NCBI GenBank assembly: GCA_964480695.1
Contig: CAYZPO010000001.1
Location: 2,160-64,368, forward strand
Source of the DNA: an uncultured Gammaproteobacteria bacterium
GTDB taxonomy: Bacteria > Patescibacteriota > Patescibacteriia > UBA9934 > CAZDDW01
Reading direction: 5' to 3'
DNA: 62,209 nucleotides
Each line of letters begins with the position of its first letter. Position 1 is the stretch's first letter. The notes beneath the pieces were generated by a model. The model worked only from the letters and a program-made list of their open reading frames with translations, was not told the DNA's origin and searched no databases. Positions 18,450 through 26,693 of the stretch are shown in pieces. The position numbers were made by a program, and so were the translations under genes.

Positions 18450-18571
18450 GACAACCGCCAGCTGACCTGCTCGGACCACGACAGGATGGCTGGACTTCCC
18501 GCAAGCCCTGGCAACCTTGCTTCTTTGGGTTTGTTCGCTTGTCCTCTGGCCGTGCTCAACCTCGCGGCGCA

Positions 18572-18595
18572 CCTCACCGTCGCACGGGATGGTGA
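18572..18595 (+). repeat. 24-nt direct repeat, left copy, flanking a low-GC cassette
   Basis: CCTCACCGTCGCACGGGATGGTGA matches 19222-19245 at 23/24. It is itself a hairpin (CTCACC...GGTGAG). Confidence 0.85.
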
Positions 18596-18735
18596 GGGGT
18601 GGGGAGGAAGTAGAAGGGCGCCCTGACTATTTCATTCTGTATTCGATTTCTCTCTGCCCTTCTACTCGTGATATTCTCGTTTGTGGAATAATCACCTACT
18701 TCCGCCGTAGCTATTGAGCAGGAGGATTCATTATC

Positions 18736-19182
18736 ATGGCCGAATCGCCTGAGCCACACACAGTGTTTCAACCGGCAGCTTATTCCGAAGCAAGCCAGAC
18801 GATACGCCACTATTCAACACGCATCATGCAGATTCGCACACTTGCTGTGGTGCAGAATCTCGCTCTACTTGGTGTGATAGGCCTACTTATTAATGGCGAT
18901 CTTTTTATTGGAGTGGCGGCGTTTTCATTGTTCGGATTAGCTCTCTCAGTCGTTCTTCTGTTTCTTCACCACAATTACTACCTGATATTCGAAGACATGT
19001 TGGACTACGTCGTTCGTCACGAGCCTGAGCCAGGTCTGTGGCGACACTATCATGAACAACGGAACAAGCACGTCGGTAGACCGTGGTTCAGAGAGAGCCG
19101 TCACTACAGCCCGTTTATTCTAATGATCATAGCTATGATCATTCTATTCCTTTTCGGTCTCGCTACAGCGATCTATTTTTGA
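18736..19182 (+). CDS. Small membrane protein (148 aa, 3-4 TM), low-GC cassette gene
   Basis: Hydrophobic segments LAVVQNLALLGVIGLLI, FIGVAAFSLFGLALSVVLLFL and FILMIIAMIILFLFGLATAIYF. Bracketed by the 24-nt direct repeats. Confidence 0.55.
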   Translation: MAESPEPHTVFQPAAYSEASQTIRHYSTRIMQIRTLAVVQNLALLGVIGLLINGDLFIGVAAFSLFGLALSVVLLFLHHNYYLIFEDMLDYVVRHEPEPGLWRHYHEQRNKHVGRPWFRESRHYSPFILMIIAMIILFLFGLATAIYF

Positions 19183-19221
19183 TGTGACCAACGTTGCGAC
19201 GCACGCTGCGCGTGTGACGTC

Positions 19222-19245
19222 CCTCACCGCCGCACGGGATGGTGA
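19222..19245 (+). repeat. 24-nt direct repeat, right copy
   Basis: CCTCACCGCCGCACGGGATGGTGA. Confidence 0.85.
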
Positions 19246-19348
19246 TTAGACAAACAGCGGCTGACACTTCCCGTCAGATAATACTACCGGACTTCCGCAT
19301 GCGTCTGGGCCGTCCCGCTGCCGCAGCAGGGAATGAAACTGAAAACCC

Positions 19349-21274
19349 CTACTCCGGAACCAGTTCACGCGTCGAGGAATCTATCCAGTCTGTCGGGACC
19401 AATCCCTCATTCCCGTGCCAGTCGTGCGAAATACAAGCGTCTACCCATGGGAGGTCAGGACGCGCGTGGTCTACCACAATGATTTGTATGCGACGTTTCT
19501 TACAGTAGTCGTTCAGCACTTCATATAGATTTCGCACGGCTTGTCTCTCGTTGTCAGCTTGGGGTTCCAATCCGCGTTCCAGGACAATCTTCTCCGGCGG
19601 AAACCAGGCCTGGCTCGGTTGGTCGAGCATCAGAAACTGTGGAGCAGGGCCTCCTCCTGCCTGAAATGCCTCGTGCAACCCAAGCGTGCAAGCGACGTGA
19701 TAAGAGACCCAATTGGCACCACTTCCCAATTCGGACAATCTAGTCCACCGGCCATCTACTTGAACCCGGATGGACAAATCTCGAAGATCGAACTTGACTC
19801 GACTGTCACCGAATTCCGTTTTCAACTCCGAGGCGTAATGCGTCGCCATTTTCGAAACCCGCTTTTCAACTGCCAACAGACGTTCGCGCATCGCCGCATC
19901 ACCAACTTCACGTTCCAAGCTGGCAATCTCACGAACAAGTGACGACGTATCTGTGTCTGCGGTTGCAAAAGTCCCCGCCAATGCCCGTAGGTACTCCTGA
20001 ATACGACCGACTAGGCGAAAACGCTCGCTATCCCGTTCCCCCTCTGTTTGTCGCGCGGCAATAATTCGACGGAGATTTGCTATTTGTACCTGAATATCTC
20101 TGAGCTGCGAGGAGGTTTCTGCGTGCTGTCTTTCCACCCTAACTAACAGTCTCTCAAGCCTTGAGCCGACTCGTGGGTCAATGGTCGCTTCTTGTTGTAG
20201 AGACTCTTCAGCCAGACTCAGTTGCCTGTCCCACTCGGGATGTGGTAATGCACCCCCGCAAACCGGGCACTCACTTTCAGATGGTTGAGGTAGTAGGCTC
20301 CGAACTGAAATACGCTGCATGCTGTTTCGTGCCAGAGTGGCCGTGTCTTGAGACAGTCGAAGATAACGTTTTGTTGAGTCTCTTTCACGACGATGCGAAT
20401 CAAGATCCCGGAGCAATACACGCTCGCGGGCTTCAAGTTCCTCAAGTTGCGTAGCCAGGTCTGGCAAAGGAGGACCACTTGACCAAGAGGTCAAGCGCTC
20501 GAGTCCATCACGAAGCCGTGTCAACGCTGACGGCGTATCATGACTCACCATGCTTAGGCCGCGCGCTTCAAGCCACAGTGCACGTCCTCGAGCATAGCCG
20601 ACGGCTGACAACTTCCGGTGTTCGGCAGCCCTTCGTTGCTCGCTTGTTAGTTGGGCCTTCAACTGAAGCAGTCGGCTACGACTCTGGAGGACTTCGATGG
20701 AGATAGCGCCTAGAAAGTAGCCGATGCCCTCAACTACATGACGTCGCAACCAATAATCGTCCAAACCCGCAAAAGACAGATTTCTATTGGCGATGACGTC
20801 TTGGTGCTGGAACAGGAAAGGAGCGCAATGGCGAATACTCACGACACTGTTCTCATCAGAACGCTCGTTCGTAAGCACATCCACTGCCTCAATTCTAGTG
20901 AATCCTGACAGTTCCTCCTTCGCAGTTTCTCTCGATTGGTTGTCTTCCGGTAGAGTGTTCGGAAGCTCGGTTACTTCCTGTCCAAACCAACACGCTGAGC
21001 GTGTCTGGTTCCCCTGCTCCGGTAGACGACGAATAATCCCCAATCGTCTGCCATTGTTCTCGAGCAACAGGCCAACAGCGTCGATAGCGTCCCTCACGGC
21101 ACCCTGTGGAATTCGGCAGCTTCTTGACAACAAACAGTAGTCGACGATTTCAAGGAGAGTAGATTTTCCGCGCTGTGAACGACCCGTGACGATGTTCAGC
21201 TGCTTCTTTTCAAATGCAACACGGCGCACACCCCCAGCCCCGTATACACTGATTTCCAGAATTTGCAGACCCAT
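19349..21274 (-). CDS. ABC-3C system ATPase (DUF3732-type SMC-like ABC ATPase)
   Basis: ORF 19349..21391; start ATG 21274 overlaps the upstream TAA (TAATG). MGLQILEISVYGAGGVRRVAFEKKQLNIVTGRSQRGKSTLLEIVDYCL (Walker A), long coiled-coil middle, QFLMLDQPSQAWFPPE (Walker B) and IQIIVVDHA. Confidence 0.75.
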   Translation of the reverse strand: MGLQILEISVYGAGGVRRVAFEKKQLNIVTGRSQRGKSTLLEIVDYCLLSRSCRIPQGAVRDAIDAVGLLLENNGRRLGIIRRLPEQGNQTRSACWFGQEVTELPNTLPEDNQSRETAKEELSGFTRIEAVDVLTNERSDENSVVSIRHCAPFLFQHQDVIANRNLSFAGLDDYWLRRHVVEGIGYFLGAISIEVLQSRSRLLQLKAQLTSEQRRAAEHRKLSAVGYARGRALWLEARGLSMVSHDTPSALTRLRDGLERLTSWSSGPPLPDLATQLEELEARERVLLRDLDSHRRERDSTKRYLRLSQDTATLARNSMQRISVRSLLPQPSESECPVCGGALPHPEWDRQLSLAEESLQQEATIDPRVGSRLERLLVRVERQHAETSSQLRDIQVQIANLRRIIAARQTEGERDSERFRLVGRIQEYLRALAGTFATADTDTSSLVREIASLEREVGDAAMRERLLAVEKRVSKMATHYASELKTEFGDSRVKFDLRDLSIRVQVDGRWTRLSELGSGANWVSYHVACTLGLHEAFQAGGGPAPQFLMLDQPSQAWFPPEKIVLERGLEPQADNERQAVRNLYEVLNDYCKKRRIQIIVVDHARPDLPWVDACISHDWHGNEGLVPTDWIDSSTRELVPE

Positions 21275-21804
21275 TATCCTTCTCCTGGGAGCACTTCGTA
21301 CCCAAAGACCGCATGAATGGCACTCGCTGATGATTCTTTCGCGAATATTTTGCCGAGCGCGCGGGAGAGCTTGCGTGTCTCCTTCTCCCATTCATTGGAA
21401 GGGCTGGCGACTCCGCCATTTGCGATTATTTTTCCCTCAATCAATGTAATGGCACCACATGTCGAACCGTAGCCTAGTCCCTGCCAAAATGGACTCTGCC
21501 AAGCGCCAAGACCGTTCGCAATTCTCGGTCGCCAGGAAGGATGTCGATGGCAGAGAGTGGTAAGGCGACCTCGTGAGTTCTTCGGAAGTCTCCTTCGGAT
21601 GTCCCCCGTTAGCATCATCGCGGTTCCAACGATAGCCCAGAGCACAGGTACTCCCTGCTGTTCGCCGCTGCGGTCCTTGCGGCGTTGCTCTTGGTATCCA
21701 TCCGCAAGCCAATACACAACCAACGCAACTAGCGCCGGATTCGCGTGGGCAAATAGGTCGAGGCTGCCCATCTGATCTAGATAGCTATCACGCCTTTGAA
21801 CCAT
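21274..21804 (-). CDS. ABC-3C middle component (assigned by position)
   Basis: ORF 21274..21888; start ATG 21804 (MVQRRDSYLDQMGSLDLF) preceded by GGAGGGGGTGA. Sandwiched and overlapping between the effector-CTD gene and the ATPase gene, as in ABC-three-component operons. Confidence 0.55.
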   Translation of the reverse strand: MVQRRDSYLDQMGSLDLFAHANPALVALVVYWLADGYQEQRRKDRSGEQQGVPVLWAIVGTAMMLTGDIRRRLPKNSRGRLTTLCHRHPSWRPRIANGLGAWQSPFWQGLGYGSTCGAITLIEGKIIANGGVASPSNEWEKETRKLSRALGKIFAKESSASAIHAVFGYEVLPGEG

Positions 21805-23005
21805 CACCCCCTCCAGTTGATTTCGTGATGAGTTTTCGAAATCGCGGGTGCCATCCGATTTGTGGAGGCATTTCTGGGCCGTCAGCAAGGATATGGAATG
21901 TGCCGGCGTGCAAATGCGTAGGTGCGTGGTTCCCGCTGATCACTGAATTCTTGCCCATACAGTCGTAGTAAGTTCGTAGTCCGCACTCTTGGTCAGTGGA
22001 AGCTAGGTGCTCAGCGCGCGATTGAGCAATACTCCACTGGTTCCGCAACTCGCTTTCGTGGTCCTGAATATCCTGTCGTCCAACGAGATCTTCGTCGAGA
22101 AGTCGGCCGCGCTCCTGTTTTGCCTTGTGGAAGAAATCGATTGCCTCGAGACGTGCCTTCTCGGATGCATCTATCAGCTCAAGTTGTCTTTGATAGGTAC
22201 GGGATGCCTCGCCAGCAGCGATCAATTCGTTCGAGTCGATATGGGCATCCGCGTAGGCAAAGCGCAGGTCAACCTTCGAGCACGTCTGGAACAGCGAATA
22301 TAGCGCGCGTTTTTGTTCAAAGCCCCGTATCCTCATGCCTGAGTGCGTAAGCCTCTCGCTAACGCAGTCGATGTACCAACCCTGCAGCCTCTCTCTGAAC
22401 TCGACCAGTTTGTGGGCTGGCACAGCATCTCGAGCAAGCGCTCGCTCCATTGCGGTTGATAGAGCGGCGATACCGACCTCTTCGCAAATCTGCAAATGAC
22501 GTAGTAGTTCGAGCCGGTCCTCGTCTTCTAGACCAAGCCAGTACTCAAACCGAGTGACTAACTCCTTGTTGGCCTTTGTGGCAGCAATTGTATCTAACTT
22601 CACTAACAGCGACTGTATTTGTTCCTCGGAACCTGATTGTGTCGATGTCAGACATTGAAGATCGTCGCACACAACTCGATTCGTCGCCAACCGGAGGCGA
22701 GGCCAATAGGAGTATTTGTTCTTCTTGCTGGCCCAGAGCCCGAGTGCCTCCCATAGACAGCGTGTTTTTGTTGTCAGCGCGCCATCATTGAGCGAGTGCT
22801 TGTCTTGCTCCATGATGGAAACGTCACCGGGGGCTGTGAGCACGCCCAAGTCGTCGTGCTCTTCCAGAGTCAGGGTCTGCTCGGGGTCCATGTCCAACAG
22901 TCGTAGTAACCCGAGTTGAACTTGCCATATGTAACCAGCGAGTGGGCCCCCGGCTGAGTCTTTCCCCATGAACGCGATGTTGCCGACTCTGATTCGAGAG
23001 GTCAA
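21788..23005 (-). CDS. ABC-3C effector: N-terminal DUF4297/Cap4-like nuclease domain plus C-terminal ABC-3C-type domain
   Basis: GGPLAGYIWQVQLGLLRLL...TLEEHDDLGVL...IMEQDKHS fits the G.GY.YQ ... E..DD ... Q.K endonuclease pattern. The remainder is helical. Confidence 0.6.
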   Translation of the reverse strand: MTSRIRVGNIAFMGKDSAGGPLAGYIWQVQLGLLRLLDMDPEQTLTLEEHDDLGVLTAPGDVSIMEQDKHSLNDGALTTKTRCLWEALGLWASKKNKYSYWPRLRLATNRVVCDDLQCLTSTQSGSEEQIQSLLVKLDTIAATKANKELVTRFEYWLGLEDEDRLELLRHLQICEEVGIAALSTAMERALARDAVPAHKLVEFRERLQGWYIDCVSERLTHSGMRIRGFEQKRALYSLFQTCSKVDLRFAYADAHIDSNELIAAGEASRTYQRQLELIDASEKARLEAIDFFHKAKQERGRLLDEDLVGRQDIQDHESELRNQWSIAQSRAEHLASTDQECGLRTYYDCMGKNSVISGNHAPTHLHAGTFHILADGPEMPPQIGWHPRFRKLITKSTGGGDGSKA

Positions 23006-23147
23006 GGCCTACGCGCAGAGCCGAAACGAAGTTTGGTTTGCACCGAACCAGAGCGCATACAGTGCCCCCGGAAACAGCGAACTATCAGGTGTCTGTGGAA
23101 ACTCGAAAGCGGAAAGGCAACCGTGTGCCGCCCCTAAGCACGTCATC

Positions 23148-23170
23148 TGCAAGACAGTCTTGCAAGACAG
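23148..23170 (+). repeat. Two tandem TGCAAGACAG boxes (putative integrase arm-type sites, left arm)
   Basis: TGCAAGACAG at 23148-23157 and 23161-23170 (13-nt period), 70 nt from the tRNA-like core. Confidence 0.6.
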
Positions 23171-23239
23171 CGGCAATAAGGGCGGGTGAATAAACGGCCT
23201 TGAAATTCGCTAAACGCTTGTTATCTAAGGCTTTTTACC

Positions 23240-23284
23240 TGGAGCCGGGAAGCGGACTCGAACCGCCGACCTGCTGATTACGAA
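23240..23284 (-). other. tRNA-Thr(CGT) 3' fragment (anticodon loop to CCA): att core, not a functional tRNA
   Basis: The reverse strand reads TTCGTAA-TCAGC-AGGTC-GGCGG-TTCGAGT-CCGCT-TCCCGGC-T-CCA. That is anticodon loop, 3' anticodon stem, variable loop, T-arm, 3' acceptor strand and CCA. The upstream sequence (..GGGGCAC) cannot form the D-arm, 5' acceptor strand or 5' anticodon stem. Confidence 0.7.
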
Positions 23285-23338
23285 GTGCCCCATGGCGACG
23301 TTTTTACCTGTACTTACAGGTACTTAGCATGCACGGTT

Positions 23339-23379
23339 TGTCTTGCAAATGCACCGTTTTGCACCCATTTGCAAGACAG
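23339..23379. repeat. 13-bp inverted repeat carrying two more TGCAAGACA boxes (right arm)
   Basis: TGTCTTGCAAATG (23339-23351) and CATTTGCAAGACA (23366-23378) are separated by a 14-nt spacer. They lie between the tRNA-like core and the integrase gene's 3' end. Confidence 0.7.
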
Positions 23380-23459
23380 ATTTGTGACGACCTCTCTGTA
23401 TTCCACAATCCCGTTCTGCGATTTTCCTTACTCGTCTTCATCTCGATCTTCATACGAAA

Positions 23460-24677
23460 TCAACTCTGCGAAATCCCCACATCTTGGGCGCTGCCCTGGC
23501 GGTTCGAAGTCAGGCCCATCCGCAGCATGACTTCAGCCTTGTGCTCGTCGGTCACGTGAGCGTAGATCTCATCGAGCATCCGTCCTTCCTTCCATCCTCC
23601 CAATTCCATCAAGGTACGTCGGTCCACACCGGCCATGGCCAGGCGAGATGCCCAGGTGTGCCTCAGCCCATGAGGATGGATGACCGGCAGACCAGCCCGC
23701 TTGCAGGCCCGGCGAAGCGACTGACCGAAGTCGTTGCGCGGCTTGTCCGGATTGGTTGGGGCCGGGAAGATCCAACCGCTACCCGGTGCCCCTACCCTCT
23801 CGTGGGCCGCTCGGAGCTCATCGCGCAACTCCGGCGTCAATGGCACGACTCGGCTTCTTCTCGTCTTGACTTGGAAACCGGACTCCTGCTGCGGTCCGAT
23901 GAACAACGTCCCCACCGGCCCGTCGTTCCATCGGATGTCCTCCCAACGACGGGAGAGAATTTCTCCCTTGCGTGCCCCGGTGTTCAGCGCCATGAGCACG
24001 GCCAGGTAGGTGATCCGGTCCCGCGTGATGGGTGGCCGGCCACGCGTGACCCGGTGCGGCTGCTTCTTCAGCGGCCGCAGTTCGTCGAGCAGCTTCACGG
24101 ACTCGGCTTCGGTCAGGTATCGGTGCGGCTGCTGGTCGTTGATCTTGACCGTGGGCAGCTTGGGCACGTCCTCGATCACCTCACAAGCCTCGGCGTGTTT
24201 GAGCGCACCGCGCAGACACCACAACTCGATAGCCAGAGTCCGAGCCCTTCGCCCAGCGTCCCTTCGCTTGCTGAAGTACGCATCGACGACGGCATAGTTG
24301 ACCTTGTCGATGGGCAGCTTACCCATGATGTCGATGAGGGCATTGGCTGACGTGCGGGCGCTTCGCGCCGTGCTGGCTGCCTTGTCACGCTTGACCACGG
24401 GCAGATAGACGTTTTCGAGGTACTCGGCCAGAGTTGGCGTACTACTCGCTGGCACCGGAGAGGAAACGACGGAAGTCCTTGGCACGTCCATTTCGCCGGC
24501 GGCCATCTTTCCCTCGAACACCTTCAGCAGCCGTCTCGCCTCGGCTGCGTCCAAGAACCCGATAGCCCGGGTGTGGGTCTTGCTGCGTTCGCCCCTCCAA
24601 CAGATGGACCAGTAGTTCTCCTTGCTGTCCGTCTCCGGATTCTTGCGCTTCCTCTTGTGAAGCCAGGCCATCGCCAT
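23460..24677 (-). CDS. Tyrosine integrase, phage/ICE type (integrase 2)
   Basis: Arm-binding-like N-terminus (YWSICWRGERSKTHTRAIGFLDAAEARRLL), core-binding domain, and catalytic HGLRHTWASRLAMAGVDRRTLMELGGWKEGRMLDEIYAHV. Confidence 0.85.
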   Translation of the reverse strand: MAMAWLHKRKRKNPETDSKENYWSICWRGERSKTHTRAIGFLDAAEARRLLKVFEGKMAAGEMDVPRTSVVSSPVPASSTPTLAEYLENVYLPVVKRDKAASTARSARTSANALIDIMGKLPIDKVNYAVVDAYFSKRRDAGRRARTLAIELWCLRGALKHAEACEVIEDVPKLPTVKINDQQPHRYLTEAESVKLLDELRPLKKQPHRVTRGRPPITRDRITYLAVLMALNTGARKGEILSRRWEDIRWNDGPVGTLFIGPQQESGFQVKTRRSRVVPLTPELRDELRAAHERVGAPGSGWIFPAPTNPDKPRNDFGQSLRRACKRAGLPVIHPHGLRHTWASRLAMAGVDRRTLMELGGWKEGRMLDEIYAHVTDEHKAEVMLRMGLTSNRQGSAQDVGISQS

Positions 24678-25134
24678 TCTCCCTACTCAACCCCAATGCT
24701 GTTGCCAACCGCTCTCGATGCAACCTCCAGGTGCGCCCTGCGCGGATTGCGGCTGTTTCCAGCTTTCCTTCTGCGAGCAAGCGGCGCAGGAGCCTCTCGC
24801 TCACCTGAAGTTCTTCAGCGGCCTGACGAATGGTCAACCACTGCGAGCCATCGCGGTTTGCATCCCCATGATATCGAGATCTATGACCTTGTACGAGGTC
24901 TTTTTTGTGTTCTACGACTTCGCGCCTGGCGCCAATGGCGACCATGACCTCCCCCCAGGAGTAGATCGCTTCACCGGCAGCCTCTCCAACGGGCTCGACG
25001 GCGGCAGTCAGCCAGGCTCGTGCCTCTGTCGGTAGACCGGGCAGAGCCTCCACAGCCTCCTCCAGCGTCAACAACGACTGGGGCGTCAGCGATGCCCGCC
25101 ACATGCGGCGCAGGTAGGTGCGCAAGGAGGACAC
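24442..25134 (-). CDS. Excisionase/MerR-like HTH protein (3' end uncertain; the ORF runs 236 nt into the integrase gene)
   Basis: WLTIRQAAEELQVSERLLRRLLAEGKLETAAIRAGRTWRLHRERL is the Xis-type 'HTH_17' pattern. The Arg/Gly-rich tail that overlaps int may not be genuine protein. Confidence 0.5.
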   Translation of the reverse strand: MSSLRTYLRRMWRASLTPQSLLTLEEAVEALPGLPTEARAWLTAAVEPVGEAAGEAIYSWGEVMVAIGARREVVEHKKDLVQGHRSRYHGDANRDGSQWLTIRQAAEELQVSERLLRRLLAEGKLETAAIRAGRTWRLHRERLATALGLSRENGDGLASQEEAQESGDGQQGELLVHLLEGRTQQDPHPGYRVLGRSRGETAAEGVRGKDGRRRNGRAKDFRRFLSGASE

Positions 25135-25250
25135 AACCTACTCCAGGCTCCGGACTTCCAGGGCGGCCCAGCCCGCGCCGGCTCCCGAAGAAGCCGACGC
25201 TTTGGCGGCCGGAACCGCTTCTCGCAGAAATTGGGTGCAGAGTCTTGAAG

Positions 25251-25508
25251 TTACGAGACTCGCTTGGAGCGCTTTCGGCGCGACTTGACGAGCCTCCAGC
25301 AGTCTGGGTTCTCCTTGTCCTGGACGAACCAAGGACACTCGCGGAGTACCCGTTCCAGGAACTTCTCGAACGGTTCGCCCGTGTCTTCCACGGTTTCGAT
25401 CCAGAGAACTTCCCAGATCCACTGCTCGAGCTTGCCCCTGTGATGCGCCTTTTCGTCGGCCATCACGTCGGCCAACAGTTCCTCCAGGGTGAACATGGAT
25501 TCGGTCAT
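25251..25508 (-). CDS. Small acidic hypothetical protein (85 aa)
   Basis: MTESMFTLEELLADVMADEKAHHRGKLEQWIWEVLWIETVEDTGEPFEKFLERVLRECPWFV... Balanced composition, unlike the overlapping Arg/Gly-rich frame. Confidence 0.5.
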   Translation of the reverse strand: MTESMFTLEELLADVMADEKAHHRGKLEQWIWEVLWIETVEDTGEPFEKFLERVLRECPWFVQDKENPDCWRLVKSRRKRSKRVS

Positions 25509-26141
25509 AGATGATTGGGTTAGGTTGAGTAGCGATGCGGGGTCGCTCTTCGCTGCCTCCCACCTGTGCCGTATCCGACCTCACCGCGCGTTCACCACGA
25601 ACTCCGAAGACACTGCCTCCTTGCTGCGCAAACAACACGGCCCGGCCAGTGCAGACCCACCGCCCCTGTCCTGTCGTCTCGGATCGCCTCTCCTCGACCT
25701 CGGAAACACCCCAGAGCCCACCCCTCTCCTCGCCGCTCGCAACGCCCACGTCAGACGTGGCGCCATCGAGGACCAAGACCTTGCCCACGCCCAGGGTTTC
25801 CCCTGAACGTGAGTGACAAGACCTCGGACATCCCTCGACCACGACCAGGACGACGAACCCTCGCTTCCCTTCGGGTGGGGGTAGGTGCGTCCTGACCTCG
25901 TCGAAAGCAGTGCCGCAAAGCCCAGCCCCGCCGCTCTCCAGATGGCGACCATCTAAAGCACGAACGAGAATCTGGAACCCCGCAGCAACTCCGCCCAAAG
26001 GAGCGAAGCCGAGGAGGAAGGGGATGGCCCAGGGCAAGCCCGGTGCCGCAGGATGAGACGGACCTGAGCGCGGCAGGAGACAGGGCAAGCGACCCCGCAC
26101 CGACCGGACCGTGGCCCGAAACAGGAAGATGTCAGCGCAAG

Positions 26142-26402
26142 CTACACCTCGGTAATCAGAATGCGATCGCCACGACTTGTGACGAGATGCCAGACGCCAG
26201 AACCAGGATCGTCTTGAGCGATCCTTTTCGACTGCTGGCAAGTACGCCGAACGGTAGCCGTGAACGTCCGCGGAACGGTCAGTCCGAACTCTCTGCGCAC
26301 CCTCTCGACCTCTGGATAGAGATCGGAGAAGTGTGCTTTTCCGCCGAGGCGAAATAGAGCTTTGAGAACTGACTGTTCCCAGGTCTGCGTGGTCGTGGGC
26401 AT
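26142..26402 (-). CDS. Small winged-helix-like protein (86 aa), Mrr-N-like
   Basis: TWEQSVLKALFRLGGKAHFSDLYPEVERVRREFGLTVPRTFTATVRRTCQQSKRIAQD..GVWHL. Confidence 0.45.
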   Translation of the reverse strand: MPTTTQTWEQSVLKALFRLGGKAHFSDLYPEVERVRREFGLTVPRTFTATVRRTCQQSKRIAQDDPGSGVWHLVTSRGDRILITEV

Positions 26403-26408
26403 AGGGAG

Positions 26409-26519
26409 CTAACCCATCTGCCAAACCAGCAGCCCGTACATCGCCCAAAGGGCAGCGACGAATCCAACGCCTTCCAGAAGAAGATGCGTGGTGGACGTTT
26501 TCTTTCGGTACTTGGCCAT
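26409..26519 (-). CDS. Possible 36-aa single-TM peptide
   Basis: MAKYRKKTSTTHLLLEGVGFVAALWAMYGLLVWQMG. Ends 6 nt before the next start. No SD seen. Confidence 0.25.
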   Translation of the reverse strand: MAKYRKKTSTTHLLLEGVGFVAALWAMYGLLVWQMG

Positions 26520-26693
26520 AGGTATGGATGGTTACGACAAGGCGGGGTCGCCTGTCCCTACCTCCCGTACCGTCGCCCAAGCCCGAACTCACCTGACGGA
26601 TTACCGGAGCCTCCTGGCTGACACCTCCTGCTGCGAGATTCTGTCGAACGTGCCCACCAGCACGCTCGCCAACTACAAAAATCCCCAACCTCC

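Noticed and set aside
23484-24350. 288-aa plus-strand ORF
   Set aside because: It is antisense to integrase 2.
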